64,000 nt of DNA from Escherichia coli (GTDB lineage: Bacteria > Pseudomonadota > Gammaproteobacteria > Enterobacterales > Enterobacteriaceae): NCBI RefSeq assembly GCF_041886205.1, contig NZ_CP169029.1, one strand, 5' to 3'. How positions within the stretch are numbered: position 1 is the stretch's first letter; the number at the start of each line of letters is the position of its first letter. A program made the position numbers and the translations under genes. Shown here piece after piece: positions 30,601-39,096 of the stretch. The notes below the pieces were generated by a model. That model was not told where the DNA came from. It searched no databases and worked only from the letters and a program-made list of their open reading frames with translations.

Positions 30601-32651
30601 GTGAGACTACGCCGAGTCTATTGGCTATTCGCTTTGATTTTGATGCTGCTCGTAAGCGAATTAGTAGCGGCAGCCAGCTACAATTGGAATCGATCCGTGA
30701 CAAATCATCAAGAGAGTTGCGTCAAAGAGCCCTTCAACGGGTAATTGAAAACAAAGCAGAGATCCAGCATCTGCCACAGTATTTTGATTACCACCAGAAA
30801 CCCTGCATGCAGCAAATGCAACCGCGGCCATCCGCGGAGACATTACGCGCACTTTATGATCAGCCTGGACAACGTTTTAATGAACAGCAGCTAATGGCAT
30901 TTCAACAGTTGGTCGAGTTTGGACCAGTTGGAGTTCTGCAGGGACCACCTGGAACAGGTAAAACAACATTTATTTCAAAATTTATTCACTATCTGTATCA
31001 ACATTGCGGTGTGAATAACATTCTTTTGGTCGGGCAATCCCATGCCTCTGTTGATAATGTAGCCATCAAGGCTCGAGAGCTCTGCCATACGAAAGGAATG
31101 GAACTGGATACAGTACGTATTGGTAATGAACTTATGATTGATGAGGGTATGCTAAGTGTTGCAACTAAAGCTCTTCAGCGACAGATTCAGCATAAATTTC
31201 ACCGTGAATATGATCTGCGAGTTAGCTCCCTAGGAAAGCGCCTAGGGATGGCCCCATTATTAGTCCAACAGTTATGTCAGTTACATCGTACGCTGAATCC
31301 CTTGATGGTGACATATGGCCAATATAGCCGTGAGCTGGATAAAGTAGAACAAATAAAGAGTAGTAGTATTAGTCATCAAGAGCGACTGGCTGAATTATTA
31401 GAACAAAGCAATCAGCTTAAACTGCGAACACAAGAAATTATTAACTCAATATTCGATGACAGCTTGCTGAAAACTCTTGTCTATGATGAAACCTTGATAA
31501 GACAGTTGGCTGAGCAAGTTGCCATACAATACAATTATAACAATCCAGAGAACCTTGAACGTTTTATGCAGCTATTGGAAATGAGCCAAGAGTGGATGGA
31601 TGTATTACGCGGCGGCGAGGCTGGATTTGATCGATTTATGTTCAAAAGTAAGCGATTGGTTTGTGGAACTCTTGTTGGTGTTGGGAATCGTCGACTAGAA
31701 CTAGCTGAGTCCAGCTTTGATTGGGTAATAGTTGATGAGGCTGGCCGAGCACAAGCTGCTGAATTGATGGTAGCGCTGCAATCAGGCAAGCGGGTGCTGT
31801 TGGTAGGGGATCATAAACAATTGCCACCATTCTATCATCAACAGCATCTTAAGTTAGCCTCTAAGAAATTAGAACTCGGGAAAGGGATCTTTTATGAGTC
31901 TGATTTTGAACGTGCTTTTAAAGCAACAGGCGGCGTAACACTCGATACTCAATATCGAATGGTAGAACCAATTGGCGAGTTAGTATCGGAGTGCTTTTAC
32001 GCTCAAGATATCGGTAAACTGCATTCATCGAGGAAAGTCTCGCCAGATTGGTATTCCAAGTTACCAATCCCTTGGAACAAAACTGTTACTTGGATCGATA
32101 GTTCGAGCCCTAATGAAGCAGGTGCAGAAGAACATAAGGGTAATGGTCGTTACTATAATCAACGAGAAGTCCGGCTACTGCTAGAGGCTTTGCAGTCATT
32201 GTCGAGTGATGGCTGCATTGCACAGCTTGAGCAAACTATTACCACAGAACAGCCATATCCTATTGGTATAATCACAATGTATCGTCAGCAAAAAGAGGAA
32301 ATTGACAATGCTATCAGTCGGGCTGAATGGGCTGCATCGTTACGTGGTTTGATCAAGATCGATACCGTTGATTCATATCAGGGCCATGAAAACAAGATAA
32401 TTATCCTCAGTCTGGTTCGCGATAATCCCAACAAACTACAAGGTTTCCTGCGCGACGCGCCGCGAATAAACGTTGCTATTTCGCGAGCTCAAGAAAGGTT
32501 ATTGATTCTGGGAGCAAGGCGTATGTGGTCAAAGACCAATAATGATTCAGCACTTGGAAACGTTCATGAATTTATTAGTAAACAGGTTGCAGTAGATGAA
32601 CCCAACTACCAAATCCTGTGTGGTCAAAGTCTGCTTGGAGATAACAACTAA
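27693..32651 (+). CDS. 1652-aa multidomain protein: N-terminal NERD-like domain, two protein-kinase-like domains, C-terminal SF1 (Upf1/DNA2-like) helicase
   Basis: GTG start with AGGAG RBS; NERD-like EIDMLIITADRLLLVELKEW; kinase-like HCDIDPHN...TGFG...DVFMLAVIAY and HGDLCPEKLLV...DAFGRDCFAVY; helicase Walker [10 protein letters not shown], Walker B VIVDEAG, motifs LVGDHKQLPP, DSYQGHE, VAISRAQERLLILG. Confidence 0.8.
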   Translation: MKYQIVGGAGLHRSETKTVDMMVKQLPDSWFGYAGLVVTDSQGSMEIDMLIITADRLLLVELKEWNGNITFEGGKWLQNGKSRGKSPYQIKREHALRLKDLLQEELSRKLGYFLHVEAHVVLCGTAGPENLPLSERRYVHTRDEFLTIGNPKNYEKLVQHTNFFHLFEGGKPRPNSDEALPIIKSFFEGPKVRPLPLKESGYLANDKPFFSHPHMVYNEFRATHKDNSQHRGLLRQWNFDALGVANAMQTLWAEIALRETRVGRLVRHGSATMQDYMLRAVRELSEEDITDDARELYELRRSFSRLDEILDSEADGWSKSERIDRVRALLAPFSELHSLGISHCDIDPHNLWYAGDQKSIVVTGFGAASLEGHNSLESLRPILQSAPYILPEDAFEEAVEPYRLDVFMLAVIAYRICFAGESLLTPGQMPEWRAPLTDPFSGILNSWFEQALNLEPSKRFPRADIMLNEFNAATKEHSQEFDEANQIYQELKQNKFFREGMNSVGVLIEFPPLPEQLSMVYSALAAIATTGSISYHCEQGGKALQVKLWDGVILTPQQPGVNRRIHAFKQRIDKLTHINLPTPKVQSYGLLGQGGLYVVSEYVDGLPWSQFIAENVLVQSQRFTIAEKLINTIHAFHEKQLPHGDLCPEKLLVQVGEQTVITLIGLLEFSDELTADNRYQPENPESTDAFGRDCFAVYRMVEELFSEDMPVLVQAELERAKQTVDGIPIALDPLLQSIRAPEQAEINQVVASESQDKVIPVCWGTDDWPQEVKLLEQNDGIYYFQCNWSSNPRFAHELRCYITGLGERLLIDLDPDNRTINRIVYEKGLSIEESIKAGKYSQAKINTQLSLQRGSLNQRNTFIELLFNLEPVIDAIIERANPNQEMDEDDFDSSESSPIELWQALSDTEVDLRDIVNIDSTDFQESPSGCLLYPYTTESGADLSFELDDKIIVYIKDKRESVQLGELQLSETTPSLLAIRFDFDAARKRISSGSQLQLESIRDKSSRELRQRALQRVIENKAEIQHLPQYFDYHQKPCMQQMQPRPSAETLRALYDQPGQRFNEQQLMAFQQLVEFGPVGVLQGPPGTGKTTFISKFIHYLYQHCGVNNILLVGQSHASVDNVAIKARELCHTKGMELDTVRIGNELMIDEGMLSVATKALQRQIQHKFHREYDLRVSSLGKRLGMAPLLVQQLCQLHRTLNPLMVTYGQYSRELDKVEQIKSSSISHQERLAELLEQSNQLKLRTQEIINSIFDDSLLKTLVYDETLIRQLAEQVAIQYNYNNPENLERFMQLLEMSQEWMDVLRGGEAGFDRFMFKSKRLVCGTLVGVGNRRLELAESSFDWVIVDEAGRAQAAELMVALQSGKRVLLVGDHKQLPPFYHQQHLKLASKKLELGKGIFYESDFERAFKATGGVTLDTQYRMVEPIGELVSECFYAQDIGKLHSSRKVSPDWYSKLPIPWNKTVTWIDSSSPNEAGAEEHKGNGRYYNQREVRLLLEALQSLSSDGCIAQLEQTITTEQPYPIGIITMYRQQKEEIDNAISRAEWAASLRGLIKIDTVDSYQGHENKIIILSLVRDNPNKLQGFLRDAPRINVAISRAQERLLILGARRMWSKTNNDSALGNVHEFISKQVAVDEPNYQILCGQSLLGDNN

Positions 32652-34198
32652 TGTCAGAACCACGTCTGGGTAATCTGATTACCGTTTTACTACCTGCGCG
32701 TAGTTACAAGATCAACTGCGCTTTGACCACTGAAAAACTGATGCCTGGAATTGAACAGTTTGCATGTCGCTTGCTGCTGATTTTTGATCAACTCTATCCC
32801 AGCGAGTTACAGAATTACTTTGGTCTAACTGATCGTGAGCGAGAGGTATTGCTTGATGGGTTGCTGGCTAACAGACTGATCAACATTAATCCTGATGGGC
32901 ATATTGAGGCTAGCTCATTCCTACGTAAGCATGCAGCTAATAATGGTGGGAAGCCAAGTTTAGTTAAATATCAAGAATGTACGGAGGAAGTTGCATTCGA
33001 TCTACTAACTCTTTCGATATGTAAACCGCAACCAAATCGTCGTTTTACTTCTGGACTGCCAGAGCTATTGCCGCGGCATCAGATCGGGGGAGATGCTGCT
33101 GCGGTAACAGAGGCTTTTAGTTCCCAGTTTAGGCACCATCTTTTGCTCAGCCGCAACAGCGAGTATGAGCGTCAACGGACTAAATTATATAAGATAATGG
33201 GCTGTAGTTCGCATGAGATGGTGCAGCTCCCAATAGAGATAGAGGTTAGCTACGGTGTTTCTGCTGGGAGCATTGAGCCGCAGAAATTTACTCGTTCCTA
33301 TGAATATTTAGGTAACACCCGGCTGCCGCTTTCAAACGAGCTGGAAGCTCATATCGCAGATTTTTTGGGAGAACATAAACTAGATGAATTCGGTATCGAC
33401 TGTGAAGATTTCTGTAAACTAGCAAATGATAAAGTGTTGTTACAATTTGCTAATGGTTATAAGTTCAACTATTCCGGCTGGATAGAGGCTCGTGAACAAC
33501 GTAAAACTGGCTACGGTACTTCATTGACTACCGGCATGTTAGGGGCTGTTTATTTGCCGCACAATTCTAAGCTGTTCATTAGTATGTTGCATAATGCATT
33601 ACGTGATTATATAGGTAAAACAGCTCCAAAAGCGCTGTGGTATAGCAGTAAAGTACCACTGTGGGGAGCTAATGGTAGTCAACTTTCGCGTTTTACTCGC
33701 GCTCTAGGCGATATACTTGGCAATTATGCCGATGATAAGATTGCTCGCATTTCGCTTTTACACTCAAGTGCAGATGAAGGTGAAAAACGTCAAGAGCGTA
33801 AGCGGCACTTAGGTCGTTTTCCTACCGGTATTGGCCTTACTTCAGAGGCTAAATTTGATCGTTTGGAGATCCTCTTAATTCCTGATGTGATTGCTTTGGT
33901 GCAATACCACGGTCAACCTAATTCTGATAGTGCATTAACCCTGCCGATTGGTTATATAACTGTTGAGCCAGAGCGTTTAGAATTACTTAAAAAACTAATG
34001 ATTAAGCGAACTGAAGGGGCTGTTGCAACCATTACTTGGTCTGAATCAAAATTTGAAAATTTAGCTTCGCTATTACCTGTTGAGTTTCTGATTAAACTGA
34101 ATAAGAAAAGCGGTGAAGATGTGGATGCTGCAATAAAAAAAATGCAGATCTATAACCGTGCTGAAACCGCACGGGCAATTTTATCGCTACGCAAGTAG
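32651..34198 (+). CDS. 515-aa protein of unknown function, translationally coupled to the upstream gene
   Basis: Start ATG overlaps the upstream TAA (TAATG); no recognisable motifs. Confidence 0.6.
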   Translation: MSEPRLGNLITVLLPARSYKINCALTTEKLMPGIEQFACRLLLIFDQLYPSELQNYFGLTDREREVLLDGLLANRLININPDGHIEASSFLRKHAANNGGKPSLVKYQECTEEVAFDLLTLSICKPQPNRRFTSGLPELLPRHQIGGDAAAVTEAFSSQFRHHLLLSRNSEYERQRTKLYKIMGCSSHEMVQLPIEIEVSYGVSAGSIEPQKFTRSYEYLGNTRLPLSNELEAHIADFLGEHKLDEFGIDCEDFCKLANDKVLLQFANGYKFNYSGWIEAREQRKTGYGTSLTTGMLGAVYLPHNSKLFISMLHNALRDYIGKTAPKALWYSSKVPLWGANGSQLSRFTRALGDILGNYADDKIARISLLHSSADEGEKRQERKRHLGRFPTGIGLTSEAKFDRLEILLIPDVIALVQYHGQPNSDSALTLPIGYITVEPERLELLKKLMIKRTEGAVATITWSESKFENLASLLPVEFLIKLNKKSGEDVDAAIKKMQIYNRAETARAILSLRK

Positions 34199-34412
34199 CA
34201 TTTATATTGCAACGAATAAATTTTTCTAGGTTGCTATGAACTAGCTAAAGGGCAACAAATAGATAAACGGCGTTATTCATGTCAAATGAGATAATGTTAA
34301 ATTGATAGGGATTTATACCCCGCCGGCCATTTTGAATGGTCGGAGTTGTTATAAACGTTAAACCGCCCCGGAAATCCTGGAGACTAAACTCCCTGAGAAA
34401 GAGGTAAACAGG

Positions 34413-34739
34413 ATGACTAAAAATACACGTTTTTCCCCCGAAGTCCGTCAACGGGCAGTTCGTATGGTTCTGGAAAGTCAGGGCGAATATGACTCACAAT
34501 GGACAGCAATTTGTTCTATTGCCCCTAAGATTGGCTGTACACCGGAGACTCTGCACGTCTGGGTACTCCAGCATGAGCAGGATATTGGGGGCGGTGATGG
34601 TGGTTTCACCACCACTGAACGTCAGCGTCTGAAAGAGCTGGAACGTGAAAATCGTGAACTGAGCCGCAGTAACGATATCCTTCGCCAGGCTTCCACTTAT
34701 TTTGCGAAGGCGGAGTTCGACCGCCCCTGGAAAAAATAA
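34413..34739 (+). CDS. IS3-family OrfA (IS629-like)
   Basis: 108 aa; MTKNTRFSPEVRQRAVRMVLESQGEYDSQW. Confidence 0.8.
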   Translation: MTKNTRFSPEVRQRAVRMVLESQGEYDSQWTAICSIAPKIGCTPETLHVWVLQHEQDIGGGDGGFTTTERQRLKELERENRELSRSNDILRQASTYFAKAEFDRPWKK

Positions 34740-35112
34740 TGCCACTGCTGGATAAGTCGCGTGAGCAGTACGGGATCGGACCGGTATGCAGTGAACTGCA
34801 TATTGCCCCGTCAACGTATTACCACTGTCAGCAACAGCGACATCATCCTGATAAACGCAATGCCCGTGCGCAGCGTGATGACTGGCTGAAGAAAAAGATA
34901 CCGTGCGTATACGATGTGCGTAAAGTCTGGCGTCAGTTGTTTCGGGAAGGTATCAGAGTGGCCAGATGCACTGTGGCACGTCTCATGGCGGTTATGGGGC
35001 TTGTCGGTGTTCTCTGGGGTAAAAGGTCCGCACTACCGTCAGCCGGAAAGCCGTTGCCGTAGACGACCGCGTAAACCGCCAGTTCGGGGCAAAGTCGTGG
35101 GTGGCTGATTTT
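34739..35112 (+). pseudogene. IS629-like OrfB, truncated and frameshifted, interrupted at ...ADFTY by a group II intron
   Basis: OrfB N-terminal homology across two frames, ending at the intron 5' end. Confidence 0.7.
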
Positions 35113-35644
35113 ACTTACGGTGTGCCCGGAGTTCAGGGTGAGCACGGATGCTGAAATGAACCATGAGTCTGTCTGGAATATGGAACAGATAACTCATGAC
35201 GAGAAGCCCAACAATCCCACCGGGTGTGACTGTGGTGAACCTGAGCGACTGTGACCTGCGGCATTCCCTAAGGATGATGTAACCCGCTGACAACGGGGAT
35301 TGAGGCGAGATCACTAAGCCGAGATGATCCTCAAGGTTGAGTGCTGAAAGGCTGAAGAACATGAACCCGTTAATCCGCCTCTGTGGGCTGAAAACGTCAC
35401 CACGGCCTACATGATCTGACAGGTCGTGCAGAAGTAACTGTCTGCGACACGTATGCGCGGGTCAGTCAAAGGTGTTCTGACATGTATGCAAAACACCGGG
35501 ACAGCAACGCCTATCACGCTCACGTTGCTGACTTCTGTCAACTTGCGGCAAGCAAGGACAAAGAGTGCGACGGGCAGCCTCCTCAGTATGTATGAGTTCA
35601 GACAGGTGAACTGGGGAAGGTCAGCGACGGATGTTAAGGAGGCA
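35113..35644 (+). mobile_element. Group II intron 5' fragment (no RT ORF; 3' part missing)
   Basis: Begins GTGTGCCCGG like the intron at 7598; structured GC-rich sequence, no long ORF. Confidence 0.55.
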
Positions 35645-35930
35645 GTAAGCGTCAACGGAGCACCGTATTGACGCTTATTTATTGGTGAGAACTACGTTTC
35701 ATGGCAGGAGTTCGTCAACACGGTTGGATAGTAATGCACGGCTCAGTTCGACACCCTGTCGGGCAAAGATTTCACTCTGACGATACAGTGGCAGGTGTTC
35801 GCAGTATTTTCCCGTTAACACGCGGGCAAGTAATCCGGGGCCGCGATACCACGCTCTATCGGGCAGGACGGCGCCAATGATAGCATTTATACAAGCAATT
35901 CTGGGAGCTTATAGATTGTGTGCAAAACTT
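35645..35930 (-). pseudogene. IS66-family tnpC fragment
   Basis: Minus-strand translation gives [35 protein letters not shown], matching the TnpC core. Confidence 0.6.
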
Positions 35931-36221
35931 TTGATAGCAGGAGGTTACAACAGTATTGATGAAAAAGATCATTCAAATCGATTTATATATTTTGTTAATG
36001 TTATCTGTTTTCAATCTAATAACCACGAATATAGCTAATTATAGGATGATTACTAGTTTTGCTACCCTATCAACCAAACGTTCACCGGACATTAGAAAAC
36101 ATGGAAATTTCTTGTTTTTAAATGCTTTTTACACCAATAGAAAAATTTACATTCCAAAATCATTAGTCTTTGCGTAATCAAAAGATGTAATGGTTTTTTT
36201 CCTTACTACTTCTAGATAATC

Positions 36222-36345
36222 CGCCCACTACAGCAACATCAACTTACGCTCATCTAAATGCTCCGCCTTATGGATATAAGCTACCCGCACTGAATTACAT
36301 TCCATGCGGCTCATCAGACGTCCAGTTGCTTTACTGTCTTCAGGG
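36222..36345 (-). pseudogene. 3' remnant of a second P4-type integrase gene
   Basis: Minus-strand translation ...MSRMECNSVRVAYIHKAEHLDERKLMLL* is homologous to the intact integrase C-terminal region; ~70% nucleotide identity. Confidence 0.6.
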
Positions 36346-36584
36346 GGATGCTCTTGTAATCCCAACCTCTCGTGCTTTCTGAGCATAACACATCCATGTT
36401 GCTGCGATTATCTCTTAAACCCGTCCTTACCATTTTTATTGATACGATAAGGAACCTTCATCATACATGATCGATTTTGTCGATCGATTCGATCGAATTT
36501 TCTCTTTTTACCCTGTCTTTTACATGGTTTTAAAATAAGCACCCCATTTATTGTTCGGGGAAAGTGATAGCAGAGGTAACTGAA

Positions 36585-37313
36585 ATGAAAAAGATTATTG
36601 CGGTTTCAGCACTTGCTGTGGCAGGCATGTTTTCAGCCCAGACCCTGGCTGATGAGAGCAAAACAGGCTTTTATATGACCGGTAAGGCGGGAACTTCCGT
36701 TTTATCTCTTTCCAACCAGCGTTTTGTCGAAGGTGAAGGAGAGTGGGCGGACAGATACAAAGGTGACGATGACCATGATACGGTATTCAGTGGCGGTATT
36801 GCGGCCGGTTATGATTTTTATCCGCAGTTCAGTATTCCGGTTCGTACAGAACTGGAGTTTTACGCTCGTGGAAATGCTGACACGAAATATAATCTTTATA
36901 AAGACGACTGGTCGCGTGGTGACCTGAAGAACGAGGTGTCAGTCAACACTCTGATGCTGAATGCGTACTATGACTTCCGGAATGACAGCTCATTCACACC
37001 ATGGGTATCTGCAGGGATTGGCTACGCCAGAATTCACCAGAAAACAACCGGTATCAGTACCTGGGATTACGGGTATGGATACAGTGGTCGTGAATCGTTG
37101 TCACGTTCAGGCTCTGCTGACAACTTCGCATGGAGCCTTGGCGCGGGTGTCCGCTATGACGTCACCCCGGATATCGCTCTGGACCTCAGCTATCGCTATC
37201 TTGATGCGGGTGACAGCAGTGTGAGTTACAAGGGCGAGTGGGGCGATAAATATAAATCAGAGGTTGATGTTAAAAGTCATGACATCCTGCTTGGTGTGAC
37301 TTATAACTTCTGA
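36585..37313 (+). CDS. Outer-membrane beta-barrel protein (signal peptide, C-terminal ...GVTYNF)
   Basis: N-terminal signal peptide MKKIIAVSALAVAGMFSAQTLA; alternating amphipathic strands; terminal aromatic residue. Confidence 0.6.
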   Translation: MKKIIAVSALAVAGMFSAQTLADESKTGFYMTGKAGTSVLSLSNQRFVEGEGEWADRYKGDDDHDTVFSGGIAAGYDFYPQFSIPVRTELEFYARGNADTKYNLYKDDWSRGDLKNEVSVNTLMLNAYYDFRNDSSFTPWVSAGIGYARIHQKTTGISTWDYGYGYSGRESLSRSGSADNFAWSLGAGVRYDVTPDIALDLSYRYLDAGDSSVSYKGEWGDKYKSEVDVKSHDILLGVTYNF

Positions 37314-37488
37314 CGACACTGCTTCTGAATGATAATTGCGCATATTTCTGCAATTAAGATAATTACGTATTTCTGTAATTAAAAAGGAACACCCTGCAGT
37401 AATATTATACTGCAGGGTTGTCTGTTATCTGCTTTACAGGATATTTCTGATTTTTATTATCTTATTCTCTTTATATTAAGATATTTCG

Positions 37489-38988
37489 ATGAGTATCATA
37501 AAACTATTTTTTCCGGACAATACATCCCGAATTTTATTGTTTTTATTCTTTTTTGTTGTTTCTGTCATAACCACAATTGCATGCGGATACACTGAGAAGA
37601 ATACCACCGGGAATGTGTTGCTGCTGTTCTTTCTTCTGCTTCTTGCACACAGAAATACCCTCACATCCATTACAGCGCTGTTATTTCTGTTCTGTTGTGC
37701 ACTGTATGCGCCTGCCGGTATGACGTACGGTAAAATCAACAACAGTTTTATTGTCGCGTTGTTGCAGACCACGGCTGATGAGGCAGCGGAGTTTACCGGG
37801 ATGATTCCTGTTTATCATTTTCTGGTCAGTGCCGCGATTCTGGTATTCATGGTGATTTTCTGGCGAACACACCACCGCGGTCACCGTAACTGGCTGGCAC
37901 TGCTGCTATTCGTATTATGCTCTGTAAACAGCTGGCCGTTGCGGATGGTTAAAGGAACCGTTGTGGGGACAACTGACACATTGCGTGAAATGCAGCGTTA
38001 TAAACAACTGAGTCAGCACGGGGCTGACAGCTGGAAAATCCTGCCGGGTGTACCGTTGTATGACACGATTGTTATTGTTACTGGTGAGAGTGTGCGCAGG
38101 GATTATATGTCGGTATATGGCTATCCCGTGCCAACCACACCGTGGCTGAATACTGCTCCCGGTTTATTTATTGACGGCTATACATCGGCAGCAGCCAGTA
38201 CCGTACCTTCCCTGAGCCGGACACTGATTTATGACTATGAGCAGAACCCTGATTCCGGCAACAACGTGGTGGCGCTGGCAGCAAAATCAGGATACAGCAC
38301 ATGGTGGATATCCAATCAGGGAAAACTGGGAGAGCATGACACACGCATCTCTGTTATTGCTTCTGATGCGGAGCATACCGTTTTCCTCAAGAAAGGCAGC
38401 TTCGCTTCCCGTAAAACGGATGATATGTTGTTGTTACAGGAAACAGAACGTGCGCTGGCGGATACATCCTCTCCGAAGGTGATTTTCCTGCACATGATTG
38501 GCTCTCATCCGAATCCGTGTGACCGACTTAACTCCTGGCCGAATCATTACCTGGAGCAGTATCCCCGAAAGATTGCCTGTTACCTCGCCAGCATCAGTAA
38601 ACTGGATAACTTTCTCGGTCAGCTTGATGGTATCCTTCGCCGGCATTCCCGTCATTTCGCCATGCTTTACTTTTCTGACCATGGACTGTCGGTCAGCGAC
38701 AGCGCTAATCCTGTTCATCATGATGGTCATGTGCAGGGAGGCTACAGCGTTCCCCTGATTATTACCGCCAGTGACATCACGTCTCATCAGTCCGTCAGCA
38801 GAAAAATCAGTGCCCGTCATTTCGCAGGTATTTTTCAGTGGCTGACCGGCATTCGTACTGAAAATATACCGCCATTCAATCCGCTGACAGACGAAGATAA
38901 TGAACCCGTTATGGTTTTTAACGGGGAGAGGAATGTACCGGCAGACAGTCTGAAACCGCAGCCTCTGATTCTTCCGGACAGAAGATAA
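37489..38988 (+). CDS. Phosphoethanolamine-transferase-family (sulfatase superfamily) membrane protein
   Basis: N-terminal TM helices; motif VIVTGESVRRDYMSVYGY...TSAAASTVPSLS typical of EptA/MCR-like enzymes. Confidence 0.65.
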   Translation: MSIIKLFFPDNTSRILLFLFFFVVSVITTIACGYTEKNTTGNVLLLFFLLLLAHRNTLTSITALLFLFCCALYAPAGMTYGKINNSFIVALLQTTADEAAEFTGMIPVYHFLVSAAILVFMVIFWRTHHRGHRNWLALLLFVLCSVNSWPLRMVKGTVVGTTDTLREMQRYKQLSQHGADSWKILPGVPLYDTIVIVTGESVRRDYMSVYGYPVPTTPWLNTAPGLFIDGYTSAAASTVPSLSRTLIYDYEQNPDSGNNVVALAAKSGYSTWWISNQGKLGEHDTRISVIASDAEHTVFLKKGSFASRKTDDMLLLQETERALADTSSPKVIFLHMIGSHPNPCDRLNSWPNHYLEQYPRKIACYLASISKLDNFLGQLDGILRRHSRHFAMLYFSDHGLSVSDSANPVHHDGHVQGGYSVPLIITASDITSHQSVSRKISARHFAGIFQWLTGIRTENIPPFNPLTDEDNEPVMVFNGERNVPADSLKPQPLILPDRR

Positions 38989-39096
38989 TCATGTCGGTAT
39001 GAATGTTATAATTAAGGACCGTGCAATAATAGCCATTCCATTCAGCCATCTTACGCTCGAAAACAATCGATAAGATGGCTACTCACCATTCCTGCT

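Larger units (their letters stand above)
34358..35112 (+). mobile_element. IS629-like (IS3 family) element, 5' portion only
   Basis: IS629-type left end (AACCGCCCCGG...CTGGAGACTAAACTCCCTGAGAAAGAGG), orfA, orfB N-terminus. Confidence 0.7.

Noticed and set aside
28000-32000. Antisense ORFs inside the 1652-aa gene (29211-29423, 30661-30852, 31535-31789, 31642-31830)
   Set aside because: Short, embedded in a well-supported long ORF on the other strand, no motifs.
35407-35671. Small ORFs (35407-35655 minus, 35453-35671 plus) inside the truncated group II intron
   Set aside because: They fall in structured intron RNA with no RT motifs; likely non-coding.
35956-36177. 73-aa hydrophobic ORF in the AT-rich segment before the integrase remnant
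   Set aside because: AT-rich low-complexity sequence, no RBS or motif support; could be real but cannot be supported.
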